Shown: in pieces, positions 32,627 through 46,568 of the stretch
How the letters are laid out: each line of letters begins with the position of its first letter
How positions within the stretch are numbered: position 1 is the stretch's first letter
DNA from: a virus
Virus record (IMG/VR): IMGVR_UViG_3300037467_001462
Coordinates: 26,755 to 90,754 of that record
Strand: one strand, 5' to 3'
Length of the DNA stretch: 64,000 nt
Made by a program: the position numbers and the translations under genes
The notes under the pieces: generated by a model
Seen by the model: only the letters and a program-made list of their open reading frames with translations
Databases searched by the model: none
What the model was told of the DNA's origin: nothing

Positions 32627-35600
32627 GTTGCTCGCTTCCTACAGGGGTGGGGGTTTTGGTGTGTTGTATCGAATCATATGTGTTGTGCGATCACTACACA
32701 ATCAGCAACCTGCTAGAAAATTTTGGGACGAATCTGCTGAACCCCTTGTGTAAGCCAGGTGACACAACGTAGTGTTGTCACTACACAACCGGGTGGCACC
32801 GGGACAAGCGAAAGGCAACCCCATGAACCCCAACATCGAATGGATCCCCGTGGTCCACGGCGTGTGCGGCGGCCAAGGATGCCGGCACTGCGTCAACGGC
32901 GAAATCACTGTTCGCATCAACCACGAGGAGCACACGCGATGAGGACCAGCTACGACACCGCCGAAATCATCACCCTCCTCGGGCTCCCCGACTACGACGA
33001 CCGCCTCGTCGGCCGAATCGTCAAAACCGACCAGCGGTTCATTGACACCTGCTGCGACCGCTGCACACAGGCCGCCGCCGTCAACGTCGACTACACGACC
33101 AGCGACGAAGAAGGCTACGTCGCCACCGACGCCGCCTACTGCACCCAGCACGCGGGCGAAGAAATCCGGATGCTCATCGACTTCGAACAGCCCGCCTCCC
33201 CGGACCACGACATCGAGGTGACCGTCAACTATTGGGCGATCCGGTACGGGGAGTTCAAGCGGGTGACCGAGAAGGCTGCCGCGTGATCACCCGCCACGAC
33301 GACGGGCGGCGCGCCACCTACTACGGTGACGCGCCCCTGGTCGACCACGCCGGATACACGGTCGAGGTCGGGCACGAAGACGACTCCGAGTTGATGACGT
33401 TGCGAGTCGGTTTGGACGCCAACGCCATTCACGCCATCCGGGCAGACCTTCCCCCCGCCGCTGTCGCCGAACTCCGCGACCGCTGCGACGCATTCCTCAA
33501 CGAACACCAGGAGCAGAAGTGAGATACGCCGAGGCGATGACTCGCCTGATCAACGAGCAGTACGCGGACTACGTGGAGCTGCGCCAACGGTACAACCTGG
33601 ATCAGACCCCAGTGTCGGAGTACACGGCCGACAGCACCAACATCACCATCTCCCGCATTGTCGGCGACATGGTCGACAAAGCCACCGAAGGCGCAATCGA
33701 TTTCGGCACCTTCGACAACTGCCGCGAGTACGGGCTGACTTTCACGCTCGGTCTGTGGACGTTTTGCGTGTACGAGCACCGCAACTCCGACGAGATCTGC
33801 ATCGAAGGCTGCCTCACTGCCGAAATGAAGAGCTACGGGCCGTACGGGGGAATCTCCAAGTACGACACCCTGACCTGCGACGGCCCCGAGGAGTACAAGG
33901 CGGTCGCCGACAAGCTGACTTCGATGCTCCGTCTCGTTTCCGACGGCGGCGAGCACAGTCGGGCAGATCTTCGGGCCGTATCGGAGGTGCCGGCATGACC
34001 GCGCACATGTATGGGACTGGCCCGTTCGACCACTACGGCAAAAGCGTTCCGATCCGACACGACGAGCAGCCCAACAACTTCCGATGGACCGAACCCATGA
34101 CCCGCTACTTCGTGTACAGGGATCCGTCAGGGGAGTGGAGCGTGTCCCAACTGATCGACGCAGACAACTGGAAACACCTCGTCACCCGACCCACCTGGGA
34201 GCAGGCGAAGAATCATGCGTTCGCGCTCGCCCGCATCGACCACGACTACCGGCCGTTGCCTGCGCGAATGGTGGTCGTCCGATGAAGGCGCCGAAGTGTG
34301 GTGATCTGCGGGTCTGGTACATCGTCGAGCCGCCGCGGAAAGCGATCCGGATCAACGTCCGCAACATGGCTGAAGCGCTCGCAGTCCTCGCCACAGTGGA
34401 AGCTGTCACCGCTTACGAGACCGTTCACCAGATTCGGCGGGAAGCCGAGTTCAAGGCTGGTGTGCACCGCTACGAACTCACCCCCAATGGCGGTATATGG
34501 GAAGACGTCGAGGAATGGGAACTCGGAGTCACCCAAGACGTCCTCGACGCCGAAGCCGCATAGACCTTCCGCCCAATTCGACCGGCAACCACCCGACCCG
34601 TAGTGCCGGATCGACGGTGTGGGAAGGAGGCGCGGCGGCCCGAAACGCCCACAGAGACTTTCGGGCCGCCAGCGCCTACCAAATCTCAAACCCAAGGAAC
34701 ATCAATGAACCCCGGAGCTACCGAGGCCGACATCATCCTGGCTGTGATCAACGGCCTGAACGACCAGAAGAACGTGACAGTAGACCGACTGCTGAGTCAA
34801 GGCGACGAGTACGGGCGCCTGCTTCTCGAACTGCGCGAGCGAATCACTGCCTACGCCGCCGAATGCGACAGCCGCAACGTAGCTTCCGACCTTCTCCACA
34901 TTCTCAACACCCTCGGCCGGATTGCCCCGGCTGAATCCTACTGACAGACAGGCAGACACCCATGGAATACAACATCCCGCTCATGCGCCGCGTATACGAG
35001 CACATCACCCGCCACGACTTCGACCAATCCCACTGGACCAGCTGCGTCGCCGGATGGACCGTCCGCCTGTCCCGAAGCGACTGGACACTCCTCACCACCA
35101 CCAACCCGCTCACCAACGGCTTCCAAGCACTCAACCTGTGCACTGGGGCCATCGCCTTCACCGAGGACATCGCCGGCCACCTGTTGGGGATGGAGCCCGT
35201 GCAGATCGCTGGAATCGCGTCCGCCACCAATCCGATGGCCATCAACTGGTTGGAAGACATTCTCGTCGAACACGACATGCGCGAATTCGAGCGCATCGCA
35301 GCAGGATTCGACACCGAGGACTACCCGATCGGCGAGGTACAAGGATGAACGCCGACGACATCCGGACACTCGTGGTCGACCGCCTCAACTTCCTCGTCGA
35401 CCGCCCGCTCGCCGAAGACCTCGCCAACCTGCTCGCCAACCCTGACTTCGTGGGCGGCAACCTGCTGCTCGAACGAGTCGAGTATAAGCAGGACCCGGAC
35501 GATTGGCCGAGGCGTTACCGCGTGGTTCGCCGCTACGCGACCGAGTGGCAGAGCGACGCGGACGCCGATTGGTCACTGACGGAGGTATCGGAATGAGCGC

Positions 35601-35893
35601 CGACTTCGTCTACGGGTACGCGACCGCGGGCTATGAGCGTGTGGAGGACTTCGCCGAACGCCTCGACTACGCGAAACCGGGGGAGAAGGACAAAGCCCTC
35701 CACGACTATCTGGGCGCCCTGCACGCTATCGCCGCCGCTCGTACCCGTGTCGAGGAAGACCAGGCCCGCAGGCGTGCCGAGAAGCAGGCTGCGATGGAAG
35801 CTGTTGTGGCTGCGGTTGAAGCGGCGGATTTGCGGATCGGGAAACCGTTGCCGCCTCGGACCTTCACGACGGCAGCCTGAACGATCTAACCCT

Positions 35894-35940
35894 GTAGCGG
35901 CCGGGAATCCAAACAGTTTTTGGACATTCCCGGCCGCTGC
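35894..35940. terminator. Long hairpin after ORF 35593..35880
   Basis: GTAGCGGCCGGGAAT / ATTCCCGGCCGCTGC. Confidence 0.65.
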
Positions 35941-36111
35941 TCTGTACGTAGTGTAAGAACTACACTACGATGATCAGCACCCACTACAGAAGGTGACGGA
36001 CATGCTTCACATTCGCCCCTGGATCGCATGGCAAGCACTCGCCTGGATCATCGCCATCCCACTCCTCCTCATCGGTGTTATCGCCGCCACTGTCATCGCG
36101 GTGGTCAAAGC

Positions 36112-36426
36112 GTGAAACGACAGGATCCCTGGGCTGAAGCAGTCTGCCGGCGACCGGAATACGACGAATGGATGCATGAGCATCGTGCGTCGATGTGGGA
36201 CTGGTATGTCGCTGAAGAACTCCAGGTGCAGAAAGAGGCGCGGTTGCGGAAAGCGCGGCGGTTGTGCATGGAGTGCCCGTTGAAGGCGAAATGCCTCGAC
36301 CTGCACACCGAACTCGTTCAAGCGAATCGCATGTTCTCCGACCGCGACAACCGTGTCCCTGGTGTGTGGGGTGGCCGGATCTTCGCTGACAGCGACAACA
36401 ACAACGACACGGCAATCGCCGCCTGA
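36112..36426 (+). CDS. whiB: WhiB family transcription factor
   Basis: W..AVC...ARRLCMECPLKAKC...GVWGG (four Cys plus beta-turn motif). Confidence 0.85.
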   Translation: MKRQDPWAEAVCRRPEYDEWMHEHRASMWDWYVAEELQVQKEARLRKARRLCMECPLKAKCLDLHTELVQANRMFSDRDNRVPGVWGGRIFADSDNNNDTAIAA

Positions 36427-38420
36427 GGAGCAGCATGAGCATCGACAACCGGTACGAAACAAGTTGGGCGCGAGCGATTCTCGCGGGTTTGCAGTCTCAG
36501 CCGCACATTTACGGCGGCACCGTCCCCGAAGCTGTCGTAGCCAAACGGCGGGCACGTAACAAGCAGGCCCGCGCCTCCCGGAAAGCCAACCGCAAATGAG
36601 CGGGCACGTATGGCGGCTGGTTGTCGACTCGTGGCCGACCGAGAACGGGAAGTCGTTCGCCTCCCAAGGATTCGACTACTGGGCCGACATCCTCGACCGC
36701 CTGGAAGAGAAGAAACCTCTTCCCGAGTGGTTGCCCGATGACCTGGAGTCGTGGCTTGGCGATGGTAGCGCCTATCCAGTGATCGACAAGGGCTACGCCA
36801 TCATCGACAGCGATCCGCCGGACTATGCCAACGGATATCCGGGGTTCTCCGCGCATTTGATGAGCGTCCCGTCCGCACCTACACGCCGTTATTTCTCGCA
36901 GTCCTCACTGACTGGTCGGTTGGAGGATCTGCGGGCTTGGGGCTGTGTAGCGCACCTCGAATGCGCCCCGATCGGCGACTGGGAGACCATCGAATGACCG
37001 CCCCGAATCCTCCCGCGCCCGTGTACCTCAACCGGGCTGAGCAGTTGATCCGCCAGCTTCCCGCCGGCACCCGATTCGTGAACGCCGACATCCATTCGAA
37101 GATGCGTGCCGCGGGCTGGCCGGAACTGTCTGAGCCGCGCCAGTTCGGGCCGATGCTGTTGCGGCTCAAAGCCGCTGGACTCATCGAAAAAGTTGGTGTC
37201 CAAGCAACTTCGGCTCGCTCACATGGCGGCGTCGCATCCGTCTGGCGCCGCACCACAACCGCAATGGAGACAGCAGCATGAACGAAACGACCGTGACGCG
37301 AGCTGATGCCGAACTGGCCGCGAACGTCCTCTACCACCTCAACGACGCGCTCGCCTACGTGAACACCGAGTGGTGGTCGCCGAACGAGTTGCGCGACATC
37401 ACCAAACGCGTACCCGACGCCAAGGGCAAAGAACAGATCGCGACCGCCATCAAGGTCGTGCAGGCAATGAACGCCCGCCACGGATACGACGACACCTGCG
37501 GCTACGCGCCCGTCACGGTCCGCCAATACGCCGAAAGCCTCACCGAGAGCGGAGATGCAACCGATGCCTGAACCTCTTGGCCTGATCGTCCTGTTGCGAA
37601 ATGGTCCCGACTACACCCTCGCCTCCCGCTACATCCACAACGACGAGACCGCGCTCAACGAATCCATTACTCGCGTACGGAAACTCATGGCCGACAACCC
37701 CGACACGTTCAGGGCAGACACCGAAATCGCGGTCGGTGAAGTCACCATCCGGGACAGCAAATGATCACCCGCGCACGCAACAAACTCATCGACACCGCAG
37801 TGAGCGCCGTGTTCCTGCCCATCGACATCGCCGCAATGATCGCCCTCACCGGCATCCAACACATCATCAACCGCACCGTATGGGCAGAAGAGGGCGAGCG
37901 ATGAGCGTGCAAGCCTTCGAGCGGGTCGAGTCGATCGAACACCTCGCTTTCCGTCCGTCCTGCCAAGGGTGTTGTCACAAGTCGGATCCGCCGCCCGCAC
38001 AGTTCTGGTTCGACATCCACGGATGCGTCGGCAAGTTCGCGTGCGCCGCGTGTGTCGAGTCAGACCGCGCCTGGATCCAGATGGTAGGCGGGCTGCACTG
38101 CCGTCACTGTCGGCGCGACTTCGCGACGTTCGATGCAGCCGCGAAGGTGGTCCCGCTGTGACCGCGCCTGCCGTAACACCCGCCAACATCGAACACGTCG
38201 GCGACGACCACGTCTGCGGGACCTCGTTCCACGTCGGCGAGCGTCGCGCACACTACTGGGTCGATCACCACGGCTGCGAAGCGGCGTACTGCTGCAACCG
38301 ATGCGTCCAGCACATGCGCGAATACTTCGCCACCGAACGCGTGAACGCCCCCTCCTTGCGGTGCACGAAGTGCGGCCGATCGCACTCAACCTTCGCCGCC
38401 GCCTACCAACTGAGGCCACT

Positions 38421-38810
38421 GTGACGAACCGCAACAAGGCTGCCGGAGACCGCTTCGAACGCGAACAGCGGGACTTCTACCGGGCCAACGGATTCCCCGG
38501 AGCGGAGAAAACGCGAGCGGGGTACGAGCGTGATGGCGGGGACGTGCACCTGGACCCTGTCGTTGGCATGACACCCGGCGTCATCTCCCAATGCAAAAGG
38601 GTTGCCTCCCCGCGGTGGACGGAATGGGTGGCTGGCCTCAAAGAGCAGATCGCCAATTCCCACGCCGAAGTCGGATTTCTCGTGTGGAAGCGCCCCAAGA
38701 TCGGTGACCCCGGAGAACAACTCGCCGTCATGCCCGTCCGCGACCTCCTCCACCTGCTGCGGCGCGCGGGCTACGGCACACCACTCGACGAACAGGACAA
38801 AGCCGCATGA
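38421..38810 (+). CDS. Putative Holliday-junction resolvase (Hjc-like PD-(D/E)xK)
   Basis: NKAAGDRFERE...GF...GD...QCK. Confidence 0.7.
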   Translation: MTNRNKAAGDRFEREQRDFYRANGFPGAEKTRAGYERDGGDVHLDPVVGMTPGVISQCKRVASPRWTEWVAGLKEQIANSHAEVGFLVWKRPKIGDPGEQLAVMPVRDLLHLLRRAGYGTPLDEQDKAA

Positions 38811-41800
38811 ACACCGACCGTGAACCCCTCGAACCACCACCCGCCGGCGTCACGGTTTCCGAGAACCAGTACCAGATCACCTACCGGGACAACGACACCG
38901 GGGAAGAGTTCACCGTCTTGTCTCCGCGCGATCTGTGGCTGGAGAAGGTCAATGGGCTTCATAAGGCGGGATTCGATGTGGTCGTTCAGCAGCGCCAGGT
39001 GACGACCACGGCCTGGAAAGTGAAAGCCGTTCGCGTCGCGGGGGAGCAGGCCGCATGAACGCCGATGATCTTCAGCGGGTGCGGGACTACTACGACAACA
39101 ACAGCACCGCTGACGAGATCGCGAACGCTGAACTCGTGTACATCGACCCGCGCGACCCCGAGTACACGGAGTACGCGCGCACCCACAACGCGGTCGCTGG
39201 CGCGCTCATCGACTACTGCGCGACTCTCGACTACCAGCGGCCGAACTTCTCCGAACGCTGCGCTGTCGCTGACCGGGTGTGGCAGGAACTCCACCCCGGC
39301 AGCAAGTACGGCACCACCGACTGGCGAGCAGAAGGAATCCTGAAGTGAGCGCCAACGACGATTTGGATATTCTCGCTCCGATTACGGCGTATCAGCGTCG
39401 TCTCTATGACGCGATCATTTTCGCTCACGGGAAGGGCCGTGCTCGCGGGAATCGTGTCATTCGCGCATTGTGGCTGTCTCGTCGTCGCCTGCAAGCTGAG
39501 AATGCGGGTTTGCGTGCCCGGTTACGATTGGTTGAAGCGCTCGCAACTGACGCGCAAATCGGGGCGAAGTCTCCGAAAGCGGGAGTGCGGGCGGACTGGA
39601 TCAATCACGTCCTCAACGACACCAAAACGCCTGAAGGTTTCGAAGCGTGGCAGAACACGCGAAAGGCAGACGCGCATGATGCTGCTGTCCCGCCCTCGGC
39701 GTGAGCTAGTCGGCTGGAGAGACGGCACTGAAGTAGCAGAACGAGAAGGACACGCACCGCAAATGACGATCGACCGATTCACCGCATGGGCAATGTGCCC
39801 CGAATGCGAGTCGGTCGATTGCCATTGGCTGCGACTGCCCGAGATTTGCGACACCAGCAGCCCTATCGACAGGGCGCTCGACCAATTGCAGCACATGGCG
39901 TGGTTCAACGGCGGCAAACGAATGCCTGCCTCGATGCAGTCCGGTTACGAAGTGATCCGCACATGCCGGAACTGCGAAAACGAATGGGGAATGAAATGAC
40001 TCCGACTCCTGCTCAGCGCACGATGCGCGAAAAGCTCGAACGCCTCCGCCAGGTCATGCCCGAAGACGAAATCTTCATCCTCGACATGTATGGCCGCCCC
40101 TTACTGTCCCCGAAAGCAGCCCGCCGGCTCGAAGCGATGGACCTCGAAGACATGCAAGCCCGGTGGGACGCAGCACGACCAGAAGCCGAACGCGCCGCGG
40201 CGTGGATGCTCGAACAACTCGGAAAGAAGGCCGCCTGATGAGCCAAAGCCCCAGCGCAGACCTGTATTACGGCTACGACCTCGGCGAAATGTACGACGAG
40301 CACTTCGAGTCGACCGCGCCGCAGTGGTGGCAGGACGCAGAGGAGAGCGACGACTACTTAGCTTGGGAGTCTGCGTTGGCGGACCGTCTGGGCGAGTCGG
40401 CGGATACATATCCGATCCAGTTGTCTACCTACGGCTATTCCGAGGGCGACAAGGTGTGGGCGTTGCAGGTGAAGGCATCTGTTCAATCCGTCGGCGACTG
40501 GCGCTCGATCGAAGTGGATCCGCTCGTCGTGGCCCCGGAGTGGAATGACCAGCTGGCCCAGTTTATCGAACTGCTCGAACTCAACGTGTCAGGCAATCCC
40601 GCCTGGCACCTCAACTGCTCGTACGGGTGACCTGATGGGTAGCGGTCTTCGTGTGCGGTCCTCAGATCCGAGCTGGGACACTTTCGCCAGTTCGCAGCGA
40701 TTCCTTTTCGATTGGTATGCCCGCTACACGTGCTGGGTTTACAACACCATGTCCAGTAGGTTCGGCAACGGCGAACGATTCTGGATTACAGGCGGCTGAA
40801 AACTGGTTTGTCTAGGCGGCTTGCGTCGGTCGATATTCTGTGTATAGACCGGAGCAAGGAGCCAGCAAATTGGGTCACATCGACATTGCCCGGCAAGTCG
40901 CGCACGAATGCAGACTGCCGGGCAAATACGTACCCACCCATCGGGTAAACGAAGCGATACTGCACGCGCTCATAGCTGTGCATGACGTAATTGGCGCGCA
41001 AGCAGGAATGCCGATCCCGCCGATGCCGCCTCTGCCGATCACGCCCGAAGAATCCGCGGACATCCGCATAGCGATCCGCGACCTGACAGGAGAACGCGAT
41101 GAACCGGACTGCGATTAAAGCCGCCCTCGCAGCAGTCGCTGTCGCCGCCTACCTGGTCGTGGTGCCCCAGTTTCTTGCGCGTCTGGCGTACTCGGCGGAC
41201 GACATCAACGATGTCTGGTAAACGGCCCGCGTTGCTGCAAATCACGTGCGTCTCCCACCAATGCCTCCTCTGGGGCGACGCCAAAGCAGGCGAAGGCCGG
41301 CACCTCGCAGACCCCGATATCGAAGCGTTGGCGGCCGTGCACAAGTACATGCACCGCACCACACCCACCACTGTTGCCGACCTGTTCGGCGAATCTGGAG
41401 AACAAACCGATGTGGAATAAGATCCGCACCCTCCCCGCCACCCTCTGGGACGCCACCTCCTGGTATCGACGCGGAATCCTCGCGCTCTGGTTCGGGCTCG
41501 CCATCTTCGGGTTCGCTACCGGTGACACCTTCATGGGCGTACTGGCCGCGGTGTTCGGTCTGATGGACTGCTTGTGGGTGCTCGAAGGCAAGGCGCGCGA
41601 GGACCGAAAGAAGGCCCCGGTCATCACCTACAACGTCGACACACTCAGCCCCAACGCTCAGGACTTCACCGCCGCTATGGCCGCACAGCGGGAAGCCCAG
41701 CGCCAGGCGATGTCCTTCCGCCGTGATTGACGACTACGACCCCGCATCCGATCCGAACGAGGCAGGAACACATCACTTCGTGACCGACGACGGAATGCGT

Positions 41801-43515
41801 TGCATTCACTGCGCGGGCTACCCGTTCGATTTACAGCATTGGTGCACAGGGTGATTGACGACTTCGACGACATGGCCGACTGGTTGGACGGGGAAACATG
41901 CACCGGTTGCCGACTGCACTGGATGGACTGCGAATGCTGAACCCTGTTCGCGCCTACCGGGCATACCGCTGGCGGAAACGAGTCGAATGGTTCCACGACG
42001 CCGCCGAGAAGGCACGGGCATGGCGTGACAGCCCGTGGAACATGAAGCAGCACTTCAAACGCAACCCGACTGAACTGATCCGCAAGGAACTCACGGGGCA
42101 CATCCTCATCGGCGAGTCCAGCTATGCCTACGGTGGGGATATTCGGGGGCCGAGTGTGCGTGATGGTGACACGATCTTCCTCCGTCTCAGCGAAGGCGTG
42201 CACTGGATGCCGCCCGACGACTTGACACCCGCCGAGATGCGTGCGTTCTTCGAAACCTCGTTCCCCGCAACGCTTCACCCCAACGAGTGCGTGTTAGACC
42301 GCACCACCCGATGCGTTCGCGACGACCACCACCACGGAGACCAGTAATGTACCGCCACTACTTCGTCATCGACGAGGCCGCACGCGACCCCAAACCGTCC
42401 GTCTACCACTACAAGCGGCGCTTCCTGACCCTCCGGCGCGACGAGAACAGCGACCGCAAACTCTTCGCAGGACACCTCGAAACCATCCTGCGGAAACCCG
42501 TCCCCGAGTTCTCCGCTCGCTTCCACGTCGGCACCGCAGGATCCGAAACCCCATGGGACGGACACCTCACCATCCTCGGGTCAGGCTTCTACTGGGGCAT
42601 CGAGAACGGCGGCAAACTCGCGCACCGCCTCACCCGCTGCAAAGAACACAAGTGGGAAGGCCGCGACCTCAAGCTCTCCATCCACGACAGCAAACTTTGG
42701 CTGAAAGTATGGGTTCACCCCGACAGTTGGACCCGCGGCCACTTCGCTCGCTGGCGTGACCGGTCATTCAAACTCAACCCGCTCGACATCCTCTACGGGG
42801 AACAACGCTACTGGTACGAGGACGAAGCCCAAGCCGTGATCGGCGTCCGAATGCCAGAAGACACCTACCCGGTCAAAGCCACCTTGCAGCGGCAGAAATT
42901 CGGACGCCCGAAAAGCAATCGGCGCATCGAATCCTGGACCATCGACGTAGACGCCCCGAAAGGCATCCCATACCGGGCCGACCACTCCGGAGGCTGGAAA
43001 GGCGACCGCGTCTACGGGTTCGGCGTGGACCTCCCGCACCGCCGCGACGACTGGGTGACCGACGCGCAGGCCGCGATCGAAGCATGGGTTTTGAAGCAGC
43101 GCGCCGACAGCGGATTCCGCCGCCCTGACCCCGTGGAGACCAGCGCATGAGTGACGACATCGAACTGGCCGGAATCGACGGCAGCGGACGAGCGAACGGC
43201 GGACGCATCGAACCGCCTGTGGACGGCTACAAAGCCCTCCCGAACATCGACAACAGCTACGTCATCCCGAAATCCGTGTGGGAAGAACTCGGCGGCTGGC
43301 AGTCGGTCAAAAGCCTGTACCTGGGCGAGTGGAAAACCGACGGGCCCGACGGAGATCCGCACTGGGAGACCGAAGCGCCAGGAACCTGGGAACTGCCAGA
43401 CGGAGACGACGACAGTGACCGCGGCTGACGACTCGAACGCGGCCTACACCGCAGGGCAATGGCTGCAACAGGAATTCGCGGCCGTCTGCCAACTCAACTC
43501 TAACCAGGAGGACAC

Positions 43516-44181
43516 ATGAGCGAGGCAACCGCGGAACTGCTCGCCGGCGCCCATGCCGCGTTCTCCGATGCCGTGCACGACCTGATCGGGAAACGCCCCG
43601 ACACCATCGACCGCGACGACCACACCCAAACCATCGTGCGGGACAGCCTCTACAACGAGCTGCACGAAGCGAAACACGGTGAACAGGTCGGGCAAGGGAG
43701 TCGTCGGCCCGCGCCAGGATCACGCCCGCCTGGATGGACCGACGCGCTCTCCCTCGTCGTCCGCATCGACCAACGAGTCACCGTCTGGTGGCCTGCTCTA
43801 CCGGTCGATGAGCACGGATACGGCGCTACCGTTAGCCGCTTGTATGCGCTTGTCGACCACGCTTGGCGGCCCCAAGACATTCCCGACATTCGGCAGATGA
43901 CAAGGGAAGTCACTGCCTGGGTCGAACGCGCCCGCATCCTGTTGCCCACCGAGGAGATCCACACGTACGAGCTGCGGGCTGCTTGCCCAGCGTGTGGGGA
44001 AACCGTCATGTACAGCGACGACGGGGCAGGGGAGCAGGTGCGGCGGTACGTGTTGCAAACCACCATCCACTCGGCGCGGTGTTTGGCGTGTGAGACCCGC
44101 TGGGATGCGGACTACTTCGTCACCTTGGCTCAGCAGTTGGGTGGCCTACCCGATGGCGTGCTCGAATGGGTAGTGGTGTAA
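43516..44181 (+). CDS. Actinophage zinc-ribbon protein (possible regulator)
   Basis: SLYNEL...GSRPP.W.DA; CPACG...CLAC. Confidence 0.65.
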   Translation: MSEATAELLAGAHAAFSDAVHDLIGKRPDTIDRDDHTQTIVRDSLYNELHEAKHGEQVGQGSRRPAPGSRPPGWTDALSLVVRIDQRVTVWWPALPVDEHGYGATVSRLYALVDHAWRPQDIPDIRQMTREVTAWVERARILLPTEEIHTYELRAACPACGETVMYSDDGAGEQVRRYVLQTTIHSARCLACETRWDADYFVTLAQQLGGLPDGVLEWVVV

Positions 44182-46568
44182 CAACACTGTCGGGTAGTAT
44201 AGATGACATGCATGGAGCGTTGGACCGGTATTGCGGGAGACTCGTTCCGCTGCCGATCTGGTGCGCCTGGCGAATGCGGCTGGTAGAACGAATCTGCCTG
44301 TCCGGACGATCACAACAGTGCAATCGCCCCGCGACGGAAAGCGCAGCCTGACATGTTCCTCCTCGCCTTCACTCTCGGCGCCGCAACCGGCGGCACAGCC
44401 GTCTACTGCCTCACCGCTGTCCGCAAACCACAGTCTCCGCCGCAACCGCCAGCGCCGCCACAAATCGACTTCTACGGGCACCCCATCGACCTGGGAGAAG
44501 AACTCGCGCAACGACTCCCGCACATCGACGGACACCTGTGGGAACGCGGCATCAAATTCAACGACGTCGGCGAACCCGTGCTTTTCCTGAACCTGCTCGA
44601 CGCGCGAGCCTTGCCGGCCACAGTGGTTGCGGGAAGTTCGGTGAACCTGCGTTGGCGGTCGATCGACGCATCGCAGAGCCCACATGCACGGTTCCCGTGG
44701 GCCGCCGACTACGCCCAGTTCGGTGCCGAGTACACGGCGGATTGGGCCCGGAAAGAGATCGTGGTACCGCTACTGCACTGGGCACAAGCGCAGGTCGACA
44801 AGCACGGGGGAGGGGACGTTGAACGCTATGGGATACAGAGTTGACCTGCGCGACTGGTGGTGGAACTTCCACCAACGCGGCATCTTCATCCATTGTCACC
44901 ACACGTTCTGGCCTTGCATCGTTGAAAACCTGACGCACGGCCTGTACGCGCACCGACTCATGTTGCGACGACGTACCGGGTGGCGGTGGATCTGCTCGAC
45001 CGTGCCGTACTCGTCCCCGATCTGCCGTTGGCACGACGACCGCGTCAACCGCAACATCGCACGCCACGAGCACGGGAACCGGGCACGTCGAATCCGAAAG
45101 ATGGGATGGGGGAGATGAAGCCGAGCCCGAAGCTGAAAGCGCTTCTACAGCAAGCATTCGCCGCAGGAGAACAGGCCCAGATCGACGCCTACTGGGAAGG
45201 CAACTGGACCGACTTCGATGAGTGGTACGACGAAATCGAGTGGAGCGAATGGTGAAGCACCGCAGTTGGAGCGAGATCAGCAAAGAAGACTACGAGGTTC
45301 CGTGCGATGACTGCGGCGCACTCGTCTTCAGCAAGATAGACGGCAAGTTCACCAACCACACCGTCAAAGACGTTTGCGACTGGGGCAACTGCACCGTCCT
45401 TAACTGCGCCAACTGCGGCGCATACGTCAACCGAGGCGGCTTCAGCCCCGCAGGCTATCCAGACTGCCCCTGCTACGGGCACAAGGTGCCGAAACTCAGG
45501 TGGCCGTGGACATCCGAACGAATCGTGGACGCCTACTGCTCGTATCACATGTGGGCGTTCGGACTGCGACTCTCCGACGCATGGTGGCGGCACCTACTCA
45601 AACCAGTCCCGTACGTGCTGTTCGGAAACTACACGGGCGCCCAATACCGGCACGCACGCCTCTACAACCCCGAATACTTCGAACGCAAACGAGGTGCCGA
45701 CCAGTGAGCGAACTGCGGATCATCCTGCCAGCAATCAGCCACGACTACGTGTCCTCTGCATTGCGCACCCTCACCCGCGCCATCGCTGAACGGACAGGCG
45801 AAGAACTCTGCGGCGGCCTCGGTGGCGACGACGGATACGGGATCGATTACGAGACCGACGTATTCGAGATGCATCGCTTCTGGTGGGGCGACTGCGAATG
45901 CGGATGGCGGCAGAAAGAAACCGCGTGGCTCGACGGCCACGACCACGCCGACACCTGCTATCAAACCGAACTCGAACGCCGCGGAGCATTCGACGATCAC
46001 CGCAGTGGGCCTTTCGACTACGAGACCGTGGCGAAAGAATGGGGCCTGCCCGAAGTCGGGTGCGCTATCCACTGCACCTGCGACCGCGACCCCCGATACG
46101 CGGCATGGATGACCGCCCACCCACACCCAAAAACATGCCCCGAAGTGCGTCCGAACTTCCGGTACAAGCCGACCGGGGCAGAAGTCGAATGGTACAAGTG
46201 GATCGGTCGCAGCATGGAAATCGAAGGCGACATCCCCGCCGACTTCCTCGCCACCTGCCTTGCCTCGCTGGAGGGCGCCGCGTGAGTCGAGAGTGGTCGC
46301 CGCACATCCTGGAAGCGGCCGAAGCCATGTACAGGCGGCTCCGAATCGTCGACAAAACCCGCTACCCGAAGTGGTCGAAGATCAGCATCGACGCCATGGA
46401 CCACTACTGCGTCGCCGCCGAAAACGCCGTCCGCGCATTCCATGAATCCGCGGTCGCGACAATCGAAGTGGACGACTGATGGCTGAGCCCATCCGACCAT
46501 CCACGGCTGCTGCGGATGCTGACGTAGTGCGTAGACAACAATGATGTGAGAACACTACACTCGGCGGT

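Larger units (their letters stand above)
32823..46479 (+). other. Second rightward array of about 40 small ORFs
   Basis: Continuous coupled ORFs with GGAG-type RBS. Confidence 0.75.
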
